From assembly GCA_964016885.1 (NCBI GenBank), contig OZ024741.1, positions 74,462,001 through 74,526,000 on the forward strand: DNA of 64,000 nt. The letters are read 5' to 3'. Position numbers and translations under genes: made by a program. Source of the stretch: Eledone cirrhosa. Its lineage: Eukaryota. The notes under the pieces are model-generated. The model was not told the DNA's origin, ran no database searches, and saw nothing but the letters and a program-made list of their open reading frames with translations. Positions 51,460-64,000 of the stretch are shown piece after piece; the stretch's first letter is position 1; the number at the start of each line of letters is the position of its first letter.

Positions 51460-51871
51460 TACTGGGTGCTTTTATACCGTGGCGCCTACATGACCACTTT
51501 ACAGTGGGAGGGGGTGGGGGCATACTTTCTACATGCTTCAGCTTGTACCCGTGGGAAGATGGGTCTTCTGTATTATCATATATGTCATCATCATCATCAT
51601 CATCATCGTTTAATGTCCATCTTCCATGCTTGTATGGGTTTGGATGGGAGTTTTCCCACTTGAGGCAAGATTTGTTGTCCTGCTCATATAGGACTGTCTG
51701 GCGGGTTTTCTACGGCTGGATGCCCTTCCTAACACCAACCACGTTTACAGTGTAGACTGGGAGGTTTTTACCGTGTTACCTGCACGGCCACATTACAGCG
51801 TGGACTGTGTGTTTTTTTGTCGTGACACCTACACGACCTCATTTGTTTCGAACTGGATGTTGTGGTACCAA
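51460..51871 (-). mobile_element. RTE 3' UTR fragments (type C at 51586-51871, type B at 51460-51575)
   Basis: Reverse-complement matches to the type C and type B UTRs. Confidence 0.8.
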
Positions 51872-52731
51872 GTGTGTGTAATTAATTCACTATTAGTAAC
51901 AAAAGATTTCTCACATATTTCACAGTGGAATTTCTTTTCGCCTCTGTGTCTTTTCGTGTGTTTATTCAAGTCACTACTTGTAACACAAGATTTCCCACAT
52001 ATTTTGCAATGGAAGTGTTTCTCTCCAGTGTGTATTCTTTTGTGAGATATTAAGCAACTGTTAGTGACAAAATATTTACCACATATTTCACAATGAAAGG
52101 GTTTCTCTCCAGTGTGTATTCTTTTGTGAGATATTAAGCAACTGTTAGTGACAAAATATTTACCACATATTTCAAAATGAAAGGGTTTCTCTCCAGTGTG
52201 TCTGCTTTTGTGTGTATTTAATTCACTGCTTGTAACATAAGATTTCCCACAAATTTCACAATGAAAGGGTTTCTCTCCAGTGTGTGTCCTTTTGTGTACA
52301 GTTAAATTACAGTTTTTCCCAAAAGATTTTCCACATATTTCACAGTGGAATGGTTTTTCTCCTGGGTGAATGCGTATGTGGTAAACAAGATGAGACTTTT
52401 TAGGGAAAGATTTCTCACAAATTTCACAATGAAAAGGTTTCTCTCCTGTATGACTTTGTATGTGTTCAAGAAGATGAGAAGTTTTAGTGAAAGATTTACC
52501 TCATAGTTCACATTGGAAGGGTTTGTCTTTAATATGTGTGTCTTTGTGTGTGGATAATTCATCTTTTGATGAGAAAGTTTTCTTACAAACCTCACAACTG
52601 TATTCAGAAATATTTCTGTGTAATCATAGTTGTTCAATACATGTTTCACTACATAAAGGTTTCTCACCACTGTATCTCTGTGTAACTGTATCTATATTGG
52701 TAGAAATGTCCAAGTTTTTAATGTCTTCCAT
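51872..52731 (-). pseudogene. C2H2 zinc-finger array (9 fingers), disrupted
   Basis: Manual translation: MEDIKN...YSCEVCKKTF..HKDTH-IKDKPFQCEL*GKSF..HIQSHTGEKPFHCEIC... with repeated TGEKPF linkers. In-frame TGA at 52624-52626 and 52501-52503, C->F in finger 6, last finger cut at about 51871 by an RTE 3' UTR. Confidence 0.85.
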
Positions 52732-53311
52732 AGTAATTCTTGAAGAATTCTTAAAAGTTGGGAAATATCTGTGTTTATAATATATTACAGTTCAGTTTCT
52801 TGTCTTAGGTATCATAGGACTATGTTTACACATGTGGAAAATATGCAATGTAGATATATTTCCTACCAATAAAATTCTTGTAGCAAAGTGAGTCCTCTCC
52901 AAGTATATATATTGTTGTAGAGAAAAATACTTCTATTTCTTTGTTAAGAAAGGTGGCTATAGTTAATGGATGCTATGTAGTCTAAAACAAGATGTTTTGT
53001 CTATAAATGACTGATGGCAGATGTTCTGGTCAAAGTCATTCTTCTACTACAGATTATAATGGAAATCTCAGTTGACACAACTTTAAATATACATTTGTGT
53101 ATATACATTTTTTATATACATTTTTTAAGCTGTGTGTATCTGGTGTAGAATAGGTACAGCATGGAGAAGCTGATGTAAAAACAATGATGATGATAATGAT
53201 GCTGAGATATTCATTTTTTTTATTTTGCCATAAACGTTCAACTAACAATACTTTGTGTAATTGCTTTCCATATTTGTCTTTTTTTTACATTGGATTATAT
53301 ATATATATATG

Positions 53312-53351
<40 letters not shown>

Positions 53352-54115
53352 CATTGTTTTACATCCATTTTTCCATGCTAGCATGGAGATGTCCTGTTGT
53401 GAGCAATGCCAGGTCAGGTGACCATGTCTTGCTCATACAGAACTGATTCTGGCTTGATTTCTACAGATGGATGCCCTTCCTAGCATCAACCTCATTTACA
53501 GTGAGTACTAGATGTTTTTTTGTCGTGACACCTACATGACCACTTTAGAGTGGGGGGGGGGGGGGAATACTGTATATATGCTTCAGCTTTGGCCTGTACT
53601 TGTGGAAAGTCGATAGATAAATATAGAGAGATACACACACAAAAGTCTTCTACACAGTTTTGTCTAGAAAATTTCACTCACAAGGTATTGGTCAATCTGA
53701 GTTTACAGTAGATGACAAGTTGCCATGCAATGGGAATGAATGAATCGAAAACTTATATAACATATTTTATTACTTCAACCTCTTAATTCAACTACAAAAA
53801 TAACTAAAAATTAAAACCACTTCAGAAATCTAAATAAAATAACCAATTCAATTTTTTTCAATAATTAATCCTTTTGATAATATCTACCTAAAACTGCCCC
53901 AAGTTCTTTGATATTATACAAAGCTGTTTATTTTAAATTTATAATTTGAAATATTGTAACAAAAGAGTTAATTCAATCCTCAAATTTTTCATTTCACAGA
54001 TCGAGATGATTGATAACACTAACTTGTATTGAATTTCCACAAAATATTGGAGTATGGAATAAGAGAAAATGAAGATCTAATCTACAGCAATACCTGTGTT
54101 TCATTTGTTTTTAAA

Positions 54116-54622
54116 CCTTTTTGATACCAAACTGCCTGAAACCACTCCTGATTCTGTGATTTAAAGCTTTTTGTTTAAAAATGTTCACCATCATCATTTA
54201 ACATCTGTTTTCCCTGCTAGCAAGGGTTGGATGGGTCTTCGCAGACCAAATTAGTACTTATTCAGAGCCATGGATTTCTGAAATGGGCCTAGAGCCACAT
54301 CACACGGCTTTACTTTACAAAATGCCCGGTGTATTTTATCATAGCACCAGCACTAGAGAGGTTGTAATGTCTTCAACACAAATCAAGAATTCTCTCTATC
54401 TTTTATTTTAGTTTTTTTACAACTGGATGCTCTTCTTATCATATTTATTAGAAAAACTTTCATCATAATTCTATGTGAGAATGCTTGTGAAGTTATATTC
54501 TGAACACCAGCTTAATAATGAGAAAGTTAGTTATATTATGAAATCACTCCAAATTTTTTATTCTTTTTCAAAATTAACTTAAAATGATAGTGTCTTTCAT
54601 TAGAAATATAGTAACGAAAGGG
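54116..54622. mobile_element. piggyBac-like MITE, family 2, interrupted by an RTE-tailed repeat
   Basis: CCTTTTTGATACC...GTAACGAAAGGG|TTAA; related fragments near 39540-39770, 40620-41095, 51410, 53868. Confidence 0.55.
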
Positions 54623-55090
54623 TTAAGGTCAAAGTACTGCTGTTCTATGTAGATGGATGCAGATTTAACTGTGTGTGCTTTATAACATAAAACAATGGGA
54701 AACTGAAGTGACATCACTTCATTTATTAGGGGAGATTTTTATTTAGTAAGGGACAAACCAAAGCTAATGACATAAAAGGGGAAACAAGCCTACCTGTACC
54801 CTCCTGCACCCCCACCCTCATTGAATGTTTGTTTTTCACTGGAGGGATTTGTGATCTTGATCTAATAATTGTTTCTACTTTTTGACACAAGGCCAGCAAT
54901 TAACAAGTACATTACTGGTACTTTATTTTATCAACCCCGTAAGGATGAAAAGCAAAGTTAACCTTGGCGGGATTTGAACTCAGAACTTGATCTAATAATG
55001 TTACTAACATAGGCTTGTTTGTTTTAGTCAATACTTGACAATTCATGAAAAGACAGCTAATTGGGCATTAGCATAGCCACTGCCCACTTG

Positions 55091-55485
55091 AAGAAGAAGA
55101 AAAAAGAAAAAGAAAAAGAAAAAGAAAAAGAAAAAGAAAAAGAAAAAGAAAAAGAAGCAGCAGCTGATAGAGTGAATAACAGGAATAGCAATCATAGTAT
55201 ATAACTCAGTAATGACTAATTTTAGATTTTCCCTTAGAAAATTGAATAGCATGGGGGGGGGGGGGGGGGGAGTAAGAAGAGAGGGAGATGAGGGAAGAAA
55301 GAGAGGAGGGTAGAGAGGGAGAGAAGGGAGAAAGAGAGTGGAGTAAAAAGAGTGACAAACCAACAGTTAGTTGAGTACAAATACAAAATTAAAATAAATA
55401 AAATTACCCCTCTCACCACTTGAAGCAAACACCATAAAGTCGGTTTCTGTGAAGATAACTGGCATTTGTAAAGTGGGTGGAGCTC

Positions 55486-55532
<47 letters not shown>
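55091..55532. repeat. Purine-rich cluster: (AAAAGA)n, poly-G, GA-rich tract and (GA)n
   Basis: Direct reading at 55091-55157, 55253-55270, 55271-55350, 55488-55532. Confidence 0.9.
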
Positions 55533-55536
<4 letters not shown>

Positions 55537-56789
55537 CATAATAAGAGCTCAGAAATAATTTTTAAAACCTGAAGTTTTCTAAGAGAGAAAAAAAGAGGGT
55601 GAGAGATGCAGTAGGACTGGTTCTACCATTAAATCAAACTAGACAGCCATGTATGGCACAGAACTCAGACAACTACATTACTGAACCATAAAGGTTCACA
55701 GCTTTACAGAAATTTGTCTAATTAAATTAAATATATAAAAATTTCCTACAATCAATAAATAAATTGATAAACATCTATGTTTTCCATTTCGCAGTGTTGT
55801 AGAAATATCCTATGAGACAGAAAGGGATATATGGTGTCATGACATCGTTGATTTGGCATGGATGGTCTACGTTGGGTAGTGGAAAACGCAGGCTTAGTAA
55901 TTGTCTTAGTGTAGGAAGTATCAAAAACCAGGTTCGTCAGCATACCAAAATAATCGCCATCGTCATCACCATTATCCTCATTTAGCATATGATTTCCCTA
56001 CTAGCAAAAGTTAGATGTATTATCACACACTGGTCAGTACTCAAGCAGAACCACTGAACTCCAGGTGGTCAAGGGGCTTGATATACAACCCTATGCTCTA
56101 CAAAGTACATTTTATTAGGACACCAACACCAAGGAATGTGTAAATTGAAATTATTTTATTTCAGAGAATAGGTTGCATGCCAGGGAGATGAGGGCCTGTG
56201 TTATAGTGCTAGCCTAAAGCACTAAATACCCAGGCACTGGCTCTGAGATCTGGTATAAATATTGATATTACATAATGAGAGCTCAGTAATATCCTAGTAG
56301 CACCGAAGTTCTCTAATGAAATGCTGAATTGGTATAAAGACAATAACATAATTGAACAAAAAGAACATTAAAAACAAAAATTCTTTCAGTGGTTTTTGTC
56401 ATTAGACCCTGGCTATGCTGGGGGTACAGCCTTGAAATAGTTGACTGTATTAACTCCAGTACTTAGTTTTTCAAGTTTGATACTTATTATATTGATCTCT
56501 TTTTGTCGAACTGCTAAATTCTAGCACATAAACAAAAACAGTAAACGAGGACACAAAGATACACACAGACACACATACATATAATGGACTTTCACACAGA
56601 TTCTGCCTACCAAAATCAACTAACAAGGGACTGAGCAGCCCAAGACTTTAATGGAAGATACTTTTGCAAGGTGTCACAAAGTGGTTGTGGAGCAAACTCC
56701 TTCACAACACAGTCATACACTCTTTTTTGTTTAACACACTCACACACACATATACATACATACAAAGGTAGTTAATAGTAAAAGCCACA

Positions 56790-57395
56790 GTGAAATAAAA
56801 TTCTTCCAGTTTCAAGAAGGCTTCATAGAAGTGATTGATAGCTTCTGCTTTCTAGGTGACCTAATGGGGGTGGGGGATTGCTCTGAAAGCATAGTAGCTA
56901 GAATAAGAAGAGGATGGAAAAACTTCAGGGAGCTTCAACCTCTGTTGAAAACAAAAGGCCAGCTGTATGATGTTTGCATGTGAAATGAAATGTTGCATGG
57001 AAGTGAAACATTGGCAATAAATATAAAGGATATGCAAAGGCTGGAGAGAAGTAAATATGCTTTAATGGATGTGGGATGTTAATGAAATGAATGGTGAAGT
57101 GTAGATGAACTGAGAGAAAAACTGGCTATGAGAGAAGTCAAGTATAGTGTGCAGGAGAGAAGACTGTGCAGGTAAAAATATGTGATGTAAATGGATGATA
57201 ATTGTTGGGTGAAAAAGTGACAGGAGTCCTAGGTGGAAGGAAGCTGCACTAGAAGAAGGCTAAGGAAAATCTGGACAAAAATGGTGAGAGCAGATTTCAA
57301 AATGCTTAATCTCACAGAAATGATGAAGGAATGCAACCTGGAAAACACCTGCCGAACCCATGCTAGCATGAAGAAATAAACATAAAAGGATGATT
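56790..57395 (+). mobile_element. Old RTE 3' fragment
   Basis: IEVIDSFCFLGD..SIVARIRRGWKNFREL..HGSET..QERRL with stops; RTE-like tail. Confidence 0.75.
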
Positions 57396-59033
57396 TATTT
57401 TTTAGTCAAGGAGAGAAGGTACTTATGACCTTTTTCAGGGTCTCTGAGACTGGTGTAAAGGAAGGAGGGAATTTGTTTTCAAACTGGAGACTTAGCTCAA
57501 ATACTTGTAACTGAGTGAACTCTACTAAAGGTATGCAAAAGTTAGGTGGTTGTGTTAAACCCGGCAACAGATTAAATATATTGGTGTGGGGGAAGAGACA
57601 ACACTAATATGACACTGTTGCTTTGGTTGCAGGGCAAGATGTAATATATGACATATGACAATACACCTTTCAACAGTGGTTTCTTTTCTCTTTAAACGAA
57701 GTGCAATTTTTTTTTTAAGGAAATATATTTTTACTTAAACACACACATATCATACAATATATGTGTGTGTGTGTGAAGGAAAAACAAGAGCAGATGATAG
57801 GAAGAGGAGAAAACTTTGTATTTGTTGCAGGACAGCATATCTCATCTCTGACCCAAAGACAAGATGGCAAAACTGTTCTGTGGAGCACAGCAAGCAATAC
57901 TTGCTGCGTTGGTCATTCCACCTCACAGGGCTCCTTCCTCAGGTTTAATACCATTGTACCAATTTGGCAGAAGAAAACAGTAGTTTGGTGGAAGATACCA
58001 GAGGTCACAATAGTAACCAACACAAAGAAATCAGTCAATCAATACTTAGTATTTGGACAACTAGGATCCACCACCTAGGTTTGTGGTTGAAGCAATGAGG
58101 TTGGAACTGAAGAAAGTGTTGCAACATGTGGCATCTCAGATGAGGGACCTACCCACTTCAAATGTAAGAAGGTTATCCTAGTTTGCCATCTATTACTACT
58201 ACCATGGTCAAGGATGAGTGACTTCAGTTGTGATGGGAAAGGGGCTGCACTGAGGCTTCCTTTTAACAATGTCAGTCAGCATTATATTATAAAGATCAGT
58301 GGACACAGCATTAGGTCCTGGGTTTGATCTCACTGCGAGGCATCTGTGACACGTGTCATTTACCATCATCTCAAGTTAACCCATGCCTAGTGAATGAGAT
58401 TGAGTTGACAGAAACTAGCTGGAAGCCCCTCATATGGACTGTATCTGTGATTCAAAGAGCCAGTCTTGCCATACAGTATCATGCTGAATTTCTCTGAGAA
58501 TTATGTTCAGAGTACACATGTCTGCAGAATGCTCAGCTACTCACAAGTTCATTTCATGGGCAATTAGATCTGTTGATCTAACAGCTTGAACACTCATCAA
58601 AACTAATGGAAGTTCATTCCATTATATAGAGAAAATGATTAGCATAAACATTTTGAAATAAAAAAAATATATTTATATTTCAGAGTTGTACAAATTTGGC
58701 AAGAGAATAAAAAGGAAGAGAGCAACAATGACAAAAATGTTAGATATAAAGTAGAGATTGAAGACTTAGATATTATCATAAAATAAGCCAATACAATGGC
58801 ATATTTTAAATAACTGCCATAACTCTACCTGTCTCCACTAAGTATACTGTACAAGGCAACTAAAAGGGTTGGCACCAGGAAAAATATCTGATTTAAAATA
58901 CTACCTCCAAACCTCACAACAAACCATGGCTGTATGGATAATTGGACGTACCATACATACATATATATATATAGAGTACAAATGTGTATAATAGTAATAT
59001 ATTACAAGTAAAATGAAAGTACATGTGTGTATT

Positions 59034-59081
<48 letters not shown>

Positions 59082-62071
59082 TACATATAGTACAAATGTA
59101 TATAATGCTATTACAAGTAAAACAAAAGTATGCATACACACACACACACACATATATATATATACTTTTAAATGGCTACCAGGACTCAACCATAATGCAA
59201 TTATTATTTTTATGTAACAGTATAAGCAAAAATAAATAAATAATAATAAAAAAAATCAAAAAGATTAAATAAATTTGGTATTTTCCTGAAAAAAGTATTT
59301 CTGAAAAATAAGAAATATATAGTAGAAAGAAGCTAGATTCTCCAAATGTATGATATTATGAAGATAATATATGGTCTATGTCTTTTAAGATGGTATAGAA
59401 GATAAGAACTAAGATCTTATAAGTGGTAATCATAATATAGAAGATTAAAGGCACCAAACATGAAATTACAAAAGTATTTCAGATATATATTTATTGTAAG
59501 TATACATCATCATCATAAATTGTAGCATTTCTTCTGCTTATATAGTCATGATGATGATCCACTGTCAGCTTCAACGATGAACATTCAGTTGTTTAATCAA
59601 CTTAATGTCTGACTCTTGGAATTAATGTATAAATGGCACATGAACACCCTAACATAATTCTCAGGGAGAATCAGTATGACACAATGTGCGACAAGATTGA
59701 ACTATTTGAATTACATACACAATTCTTCTAATGAGCTTCCATACAGTTTCTTTCTACCCGATTTTATTTACAAACTATGGATTGACATAAGGCTATGTAT
59801 AATAAAGACACTTACTCAAGTTGCCACACAGTGGAATCAACCTGGGAATCAAACTCATGATTGTGAAACAAACTTCTCAGCTATGTCTGCTTTCAAATCT
59901 AGTGAATTTTGTTTGTATGGCAATGTAACAGAAAACCAGAAAACCAAGAGAAAAGTGTCTTGATGGTTGCTACACAAGTAGATGTGGTCAGTGATTTGAT
60001 GTGGCAGCAGCACAGGGCAAATTAATGTCTGTAAGGAAACTTTCCAAAGGTAAGTGAGATGAGCAGGGAACACTGATCTTGTTTATTAGGACATTGTGCA
60101 GAACATCCTGAAGAAGAAGCTTCAAAGCTGGTCTTGTGGGATCAACAGGACAGAGTGGGAAAGTGTGGAGGATGCCATGTCACATACATTGACAACCTGA
60201 AGCAGGATACTGGCCTGGGGTCTGTCCAAGAACTGGAGATGGCAATGATGGATAGAGAAGAGTGGCGGATGTCAGGTGGCATAGATTGAGAACTTGAAGC
60301 AGAATACTAGTATGGAATCTATCCAGAAACTGAAGATAGTAATGGTTAACAGAACCTGCCTTAACAAACTAATAAATGATACCCTAACATAAGACTAAAC
60401 ACATAGAAAATAAAATAACCAAAGTATCTCAAATATATATTTACTGTCAACAAGGATCATCACCATAGCCTGTAGCATTTCTTCTGTTTGTTTTGAAGAT
60501 GAGTATTCAAAATGTGTCAAAAGAGTGAAGCCTCATTTCCTAATCAGGTAGAAGAGGGTTAATAATCTATATCATCATAACTGTACAACATTTTTGTCTG
60601 TTTATCACCTAAACAATATGATATGTCAAAAACGTTCAAAAATTCTTTATGTAGAATTCAAGGAACAACTGTAGAGGTGTCCTGGCTGGCTCACTAGAAC
60701 AGATGATGTACGGAAAGGAAAAAGGAAAGAGCCTCCTTCAGTTGTCAATGGCTATGGGTTATGTACCTATAACTAAAGGAAAATGAGTTTGCCTCCCTAA
60801 TACATAAGCTTGGGTAGAGTGTTTTGTGTAAGACCAGCTGTTGCCCAGGATGTCTGTCTCCCCTACCCACAACCCCAATATTGACCAAGGGAGAGGCAAC
60901 AGGCTGATACATCTTGGCACCAGTATAGTTGTAACTCATGTTTTCCATCTGAGTGGATTGGAGCAATGTGAAATAAAGTGTCTTGCTCAAAGGAACAAAG
61001 TGCTGACCAGTCCAAAAATCAAACTCATGCCCTTATCATGCATTCAGCACCCTAACCACTAAATCACACACCTTAAACTGTTGTATTTTTTTTATATGAA
61101 TTGCATTTAACTCTTTAGCATTTAAACCGGTCGTATCTGGCCAGAATTCCATTACTTCTTTCTGTTCAAACTGACCATGACCAACCACTCATACTGATCT
61201 TAAGGTATTGTTCCCAAAATATATAATATCAAAATCTCAGATTTGATATTATGTGAGATAATGATGTGAAAAAGCCTTTACCATGAAAATATAATAGTAA
61301 ATATAGAGTAATGTAAATGCTAAAGGGTTAATATTAAAGCTAAGATAATATTATATATAAAGCAAGTTGGTATATCCATTAGAACATGATATAGAATACC
61401 TTGTACTATATTTTCCAGCTCTGTATTTTGAGTCCAAATCTCACAGAGGTCAACTATGCCTTACATGTTTTTAGGGTCAATAAATAAGTTACTAATTCAG
61501 TACTGGGGTCAATTCTTCTTCCTTTGCTCTCTTTTTCTCTCAAAAAAATCAACAGAGTTCAGGCCTGGAGAGTTATAGGCTCTGCCAGGTTTAAAATGCC
61601 TAAGATTTGCTGCATATCATAACAGTACCCCTATGGATCCATCAGGAATTGAGGGTCCAACAAATCTATAAAAGAAGAGAGCATGATAGTGTGCAGTTGA
61701 ATGATAATGGTGTTGGATTCAGGAACATAAGCTTGTAGATTCACTTCCTTGTGCATTGTATCTTTGAGAAAGATTAATTCATGTTTCTCTAGTCTGCTCA
61801 ATTGTAGAAAAAAATGAGTACTAGCACATGTTGGGGATTAAGTTCTGCAAAGGATGAGCAACATGTCCAGGAGGGAATCTTTTTAAGTCAAGAAACATAG
61901 GAGGTCAGCTAAACCTACATAGGCGTGAGCCTTAATAACAACAATACAAGTATAAATTTAAAACTAACATCAACAATTTTTGTAAGAAAAAAAAAATGGA
62001 TGCTGTCCCAGCATGACCAGAATTTAATGGCTGAAACCAATAAAAAAGTTAAAACAGTATACATCACCTAC

Positions 62072-62177
62072 CGACCAATCAATAGTTGAACGCAGATCCC
62101 GTTTTCGATAACCATGATCAGCATGGTTAGGATGTAAATAATTAGTATGACTGTAGTTGCTCTTTGAAATTGCTTTC
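62072..62177 (-). CDS. DGKZ: Internal coding exon of a type IV diacylglycerol kinase (DGK-zeta/iota, rdgA-like)
   Basis: Minus strand: pyrimidine tract ttttctatattttctttgcAG, then 106 nt (1 nt + 35 codons) encoding (R)KAISKSNYSHTNYLHPNHADHGYRKRDLRSTIDWS, then GTAGGT donor. Recalled similarity to vertebrate DGKZ RKAITKS...IRSTVDWS just upstream of the first C1 domain. Confidence 0.85.
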
Positions 62178-64000
62178 CTGCAAAGAAAATATAGAAAATA
62201 CATAATCATATATAAAAAAGATATTCATTGATGAAACAAAAATATAATAATGTATGCTGCTAGTCAGAAAGAATAAAAAGTAATCAAGAAAATATCAAAA
62301 ATACAGTAATTAGTAAATTTTATAGCTTGAAAAGAGAAAGTTACCTGTGATGTTAAACACCAAAGGAAAGTTACAAAGATTAGATGAGTTTATCAATAAA
62401 ATGTAGGAATATAAAATTTCTTTTATATCTTAGTGAATGAAAGCACTTGAATTGTATGTATGTAGGTATGTGTGTGTTTGTGTATAAATGTTGATTTATA
62501 GAGTAGAGGAGACTATTTAATCTTATCGAGGACATGATAACCTTACTAGTGAAGGTATCATGATAAAAGTGCCCGCAGTACTATCTGTAAAGCAGTTGGT
62601 TTCTATGGTTGAATGTCCTTTCTAACACCATGTCAAAATTTGGAAACCAAGGCAATGCAGTGAGTGTTTTGGCTTGCCTCACAGAATTTTAGAGAGCAAC
62701 ACCAACATTCCTCATTGCAGTGTGTATATACTCTGCCATCTTTTTTATTGATTGTTTCTTTTGTAAATCATAAAAATATAATTTGATACAAAACATGTAA
62801 GGTAAAATGCTTTAAACTTTTAATGGAGTCATAGGGGAACCGATATGACACACGTCGTATTTTGGGCATTTTAAACCTGGTGGGGGCCCAACCATCTCTA
62901 GGGATGCAACAACTGATTTCTTCTTGAGAAAGAGGAAAAAAAACTGATTGGCATACTGGGCTGGTACATCATCTACCTAAAAAAAAAAAGGAAAACGTAA
63001 CCTCTGTGGGATTTGAACTCAGTGCACAGTGAACCAGAACAAATACCAAAGCATTTTTAATCCTATACCCTAACAACTCTGCCAATTAGCTTGTTGAAAT
63101 GAAGAAGAATATTTTCTACTAAATTGTTGAGAGCTTTAAAGAAAAAAAACAAACAACAGAAATGGTCTAAGAATGCTATCTGGATGAAACATAATTGAAT
63201 GAGTGTGTAAACATAATAGTAGAACACTAAGTTTTTCAGACCATTTCCCCTAATAAAGGAAAAGTTAGACTGGCAAACCTTATGGTCAGATGCTCTTCCT
63301 GTCACTGACCCTTTTAGTCCTATCTCATGACATGCAAGGATACAGTATACTTATTCTAAATTGGATACGCATAATAGTGCTAACAATATAGTGAGCAAGA
63401 GGTTTAATTCAACTCTTAGCATTATGTACCACAAGAAACCACATTAGCAAGACACACTTGAAAATACTATGACTACATCACATTGGAAAGGATAGTCTTT
63501 ATTCTAATACTGCACATTTTCACAATGATCTGCCCATTATTAAATATATCATAAACATTTGAATCCACAGCCCCATTTGTAGATACTTTTATTTTCTGCT
63601 AAATTATTACAGAATGTTAAGAATTAATACTGTGTAGCTTCACTTTTACAAATAGATACACTATATCCCTGCATGTCAGAAGAGAGTTACAAACATGGAT
63701 ATTTTTTATTGTACAGAATCCTTTTAGTGTAAGGGGAGGGTATATCATATCAACTCAAGTATCTTACAAGGCAAAGAGGAAGCATCTACATAGTCACAAA
63801 ACCTGTTAGAAATAGGTCCCCACCATCTTATGGGAGGTCACATTTTATAATGTAGCACTAGATACGCCCCTCATCCCAAATGTGAATACTGCTGAAAAAG
63901 CGTTGTTTTAGATATTTGCTCAATTGATGGGGGTAGCCCTTTTATTACTATATATCTAGTGAAATGCACTGTATTTTAATTAATTAATGAAGAATTTTGA

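Noticed and set aside
55910-55965. CTGACGA on minus as a hammerhead
   Set aside because: No GAAA and no convincing stems.
57761-58270. 105-aa ORF and neighbouring sequence
   Set aside because: No recognisable domain or splice structure; probably an old repeat.

Overview
AT-rich, repeat-dominated animal DNA, most likely octopus/cephalopod (inferred from the (TA)n/(TACA)n tracts, RTE LINEs with (GAT)n tails, tRNA-derived SINEs and a C2H2 zinc-finger array). The only host coding exon I can support is a 106-bp minus-strand exon at 62072-62177 encoding RKAISKS...LRSTIDWS, matching the N-terminal exon of type IV diacylglycerol kinase (DGK-zeta/iota, rdgA). I found no downstream exon, so 1-62071 may be one very large intron. 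It holds a disrupted 9-finger C2H2 gene, many RTE fragments from three tail subfamilies, several SINE families, a deleted mariner, piggyBac/hAT-like MITEs and a dense nest of Penelope-like elements (PLEs) at about 26-33.5 kb. The most notable signal is RNA structure. Five unrelated hammerhead-ribozyme motifs (two with damaged cores) lie in or near fold-back ends of PLE-derived inserts, and a locally amplified non-coding retroelement has a covarying structured 5' end that may be a ribozyme. Most ORF-track entries are microsatellite or antisense artefacts. All folds and family calls were made by eye.
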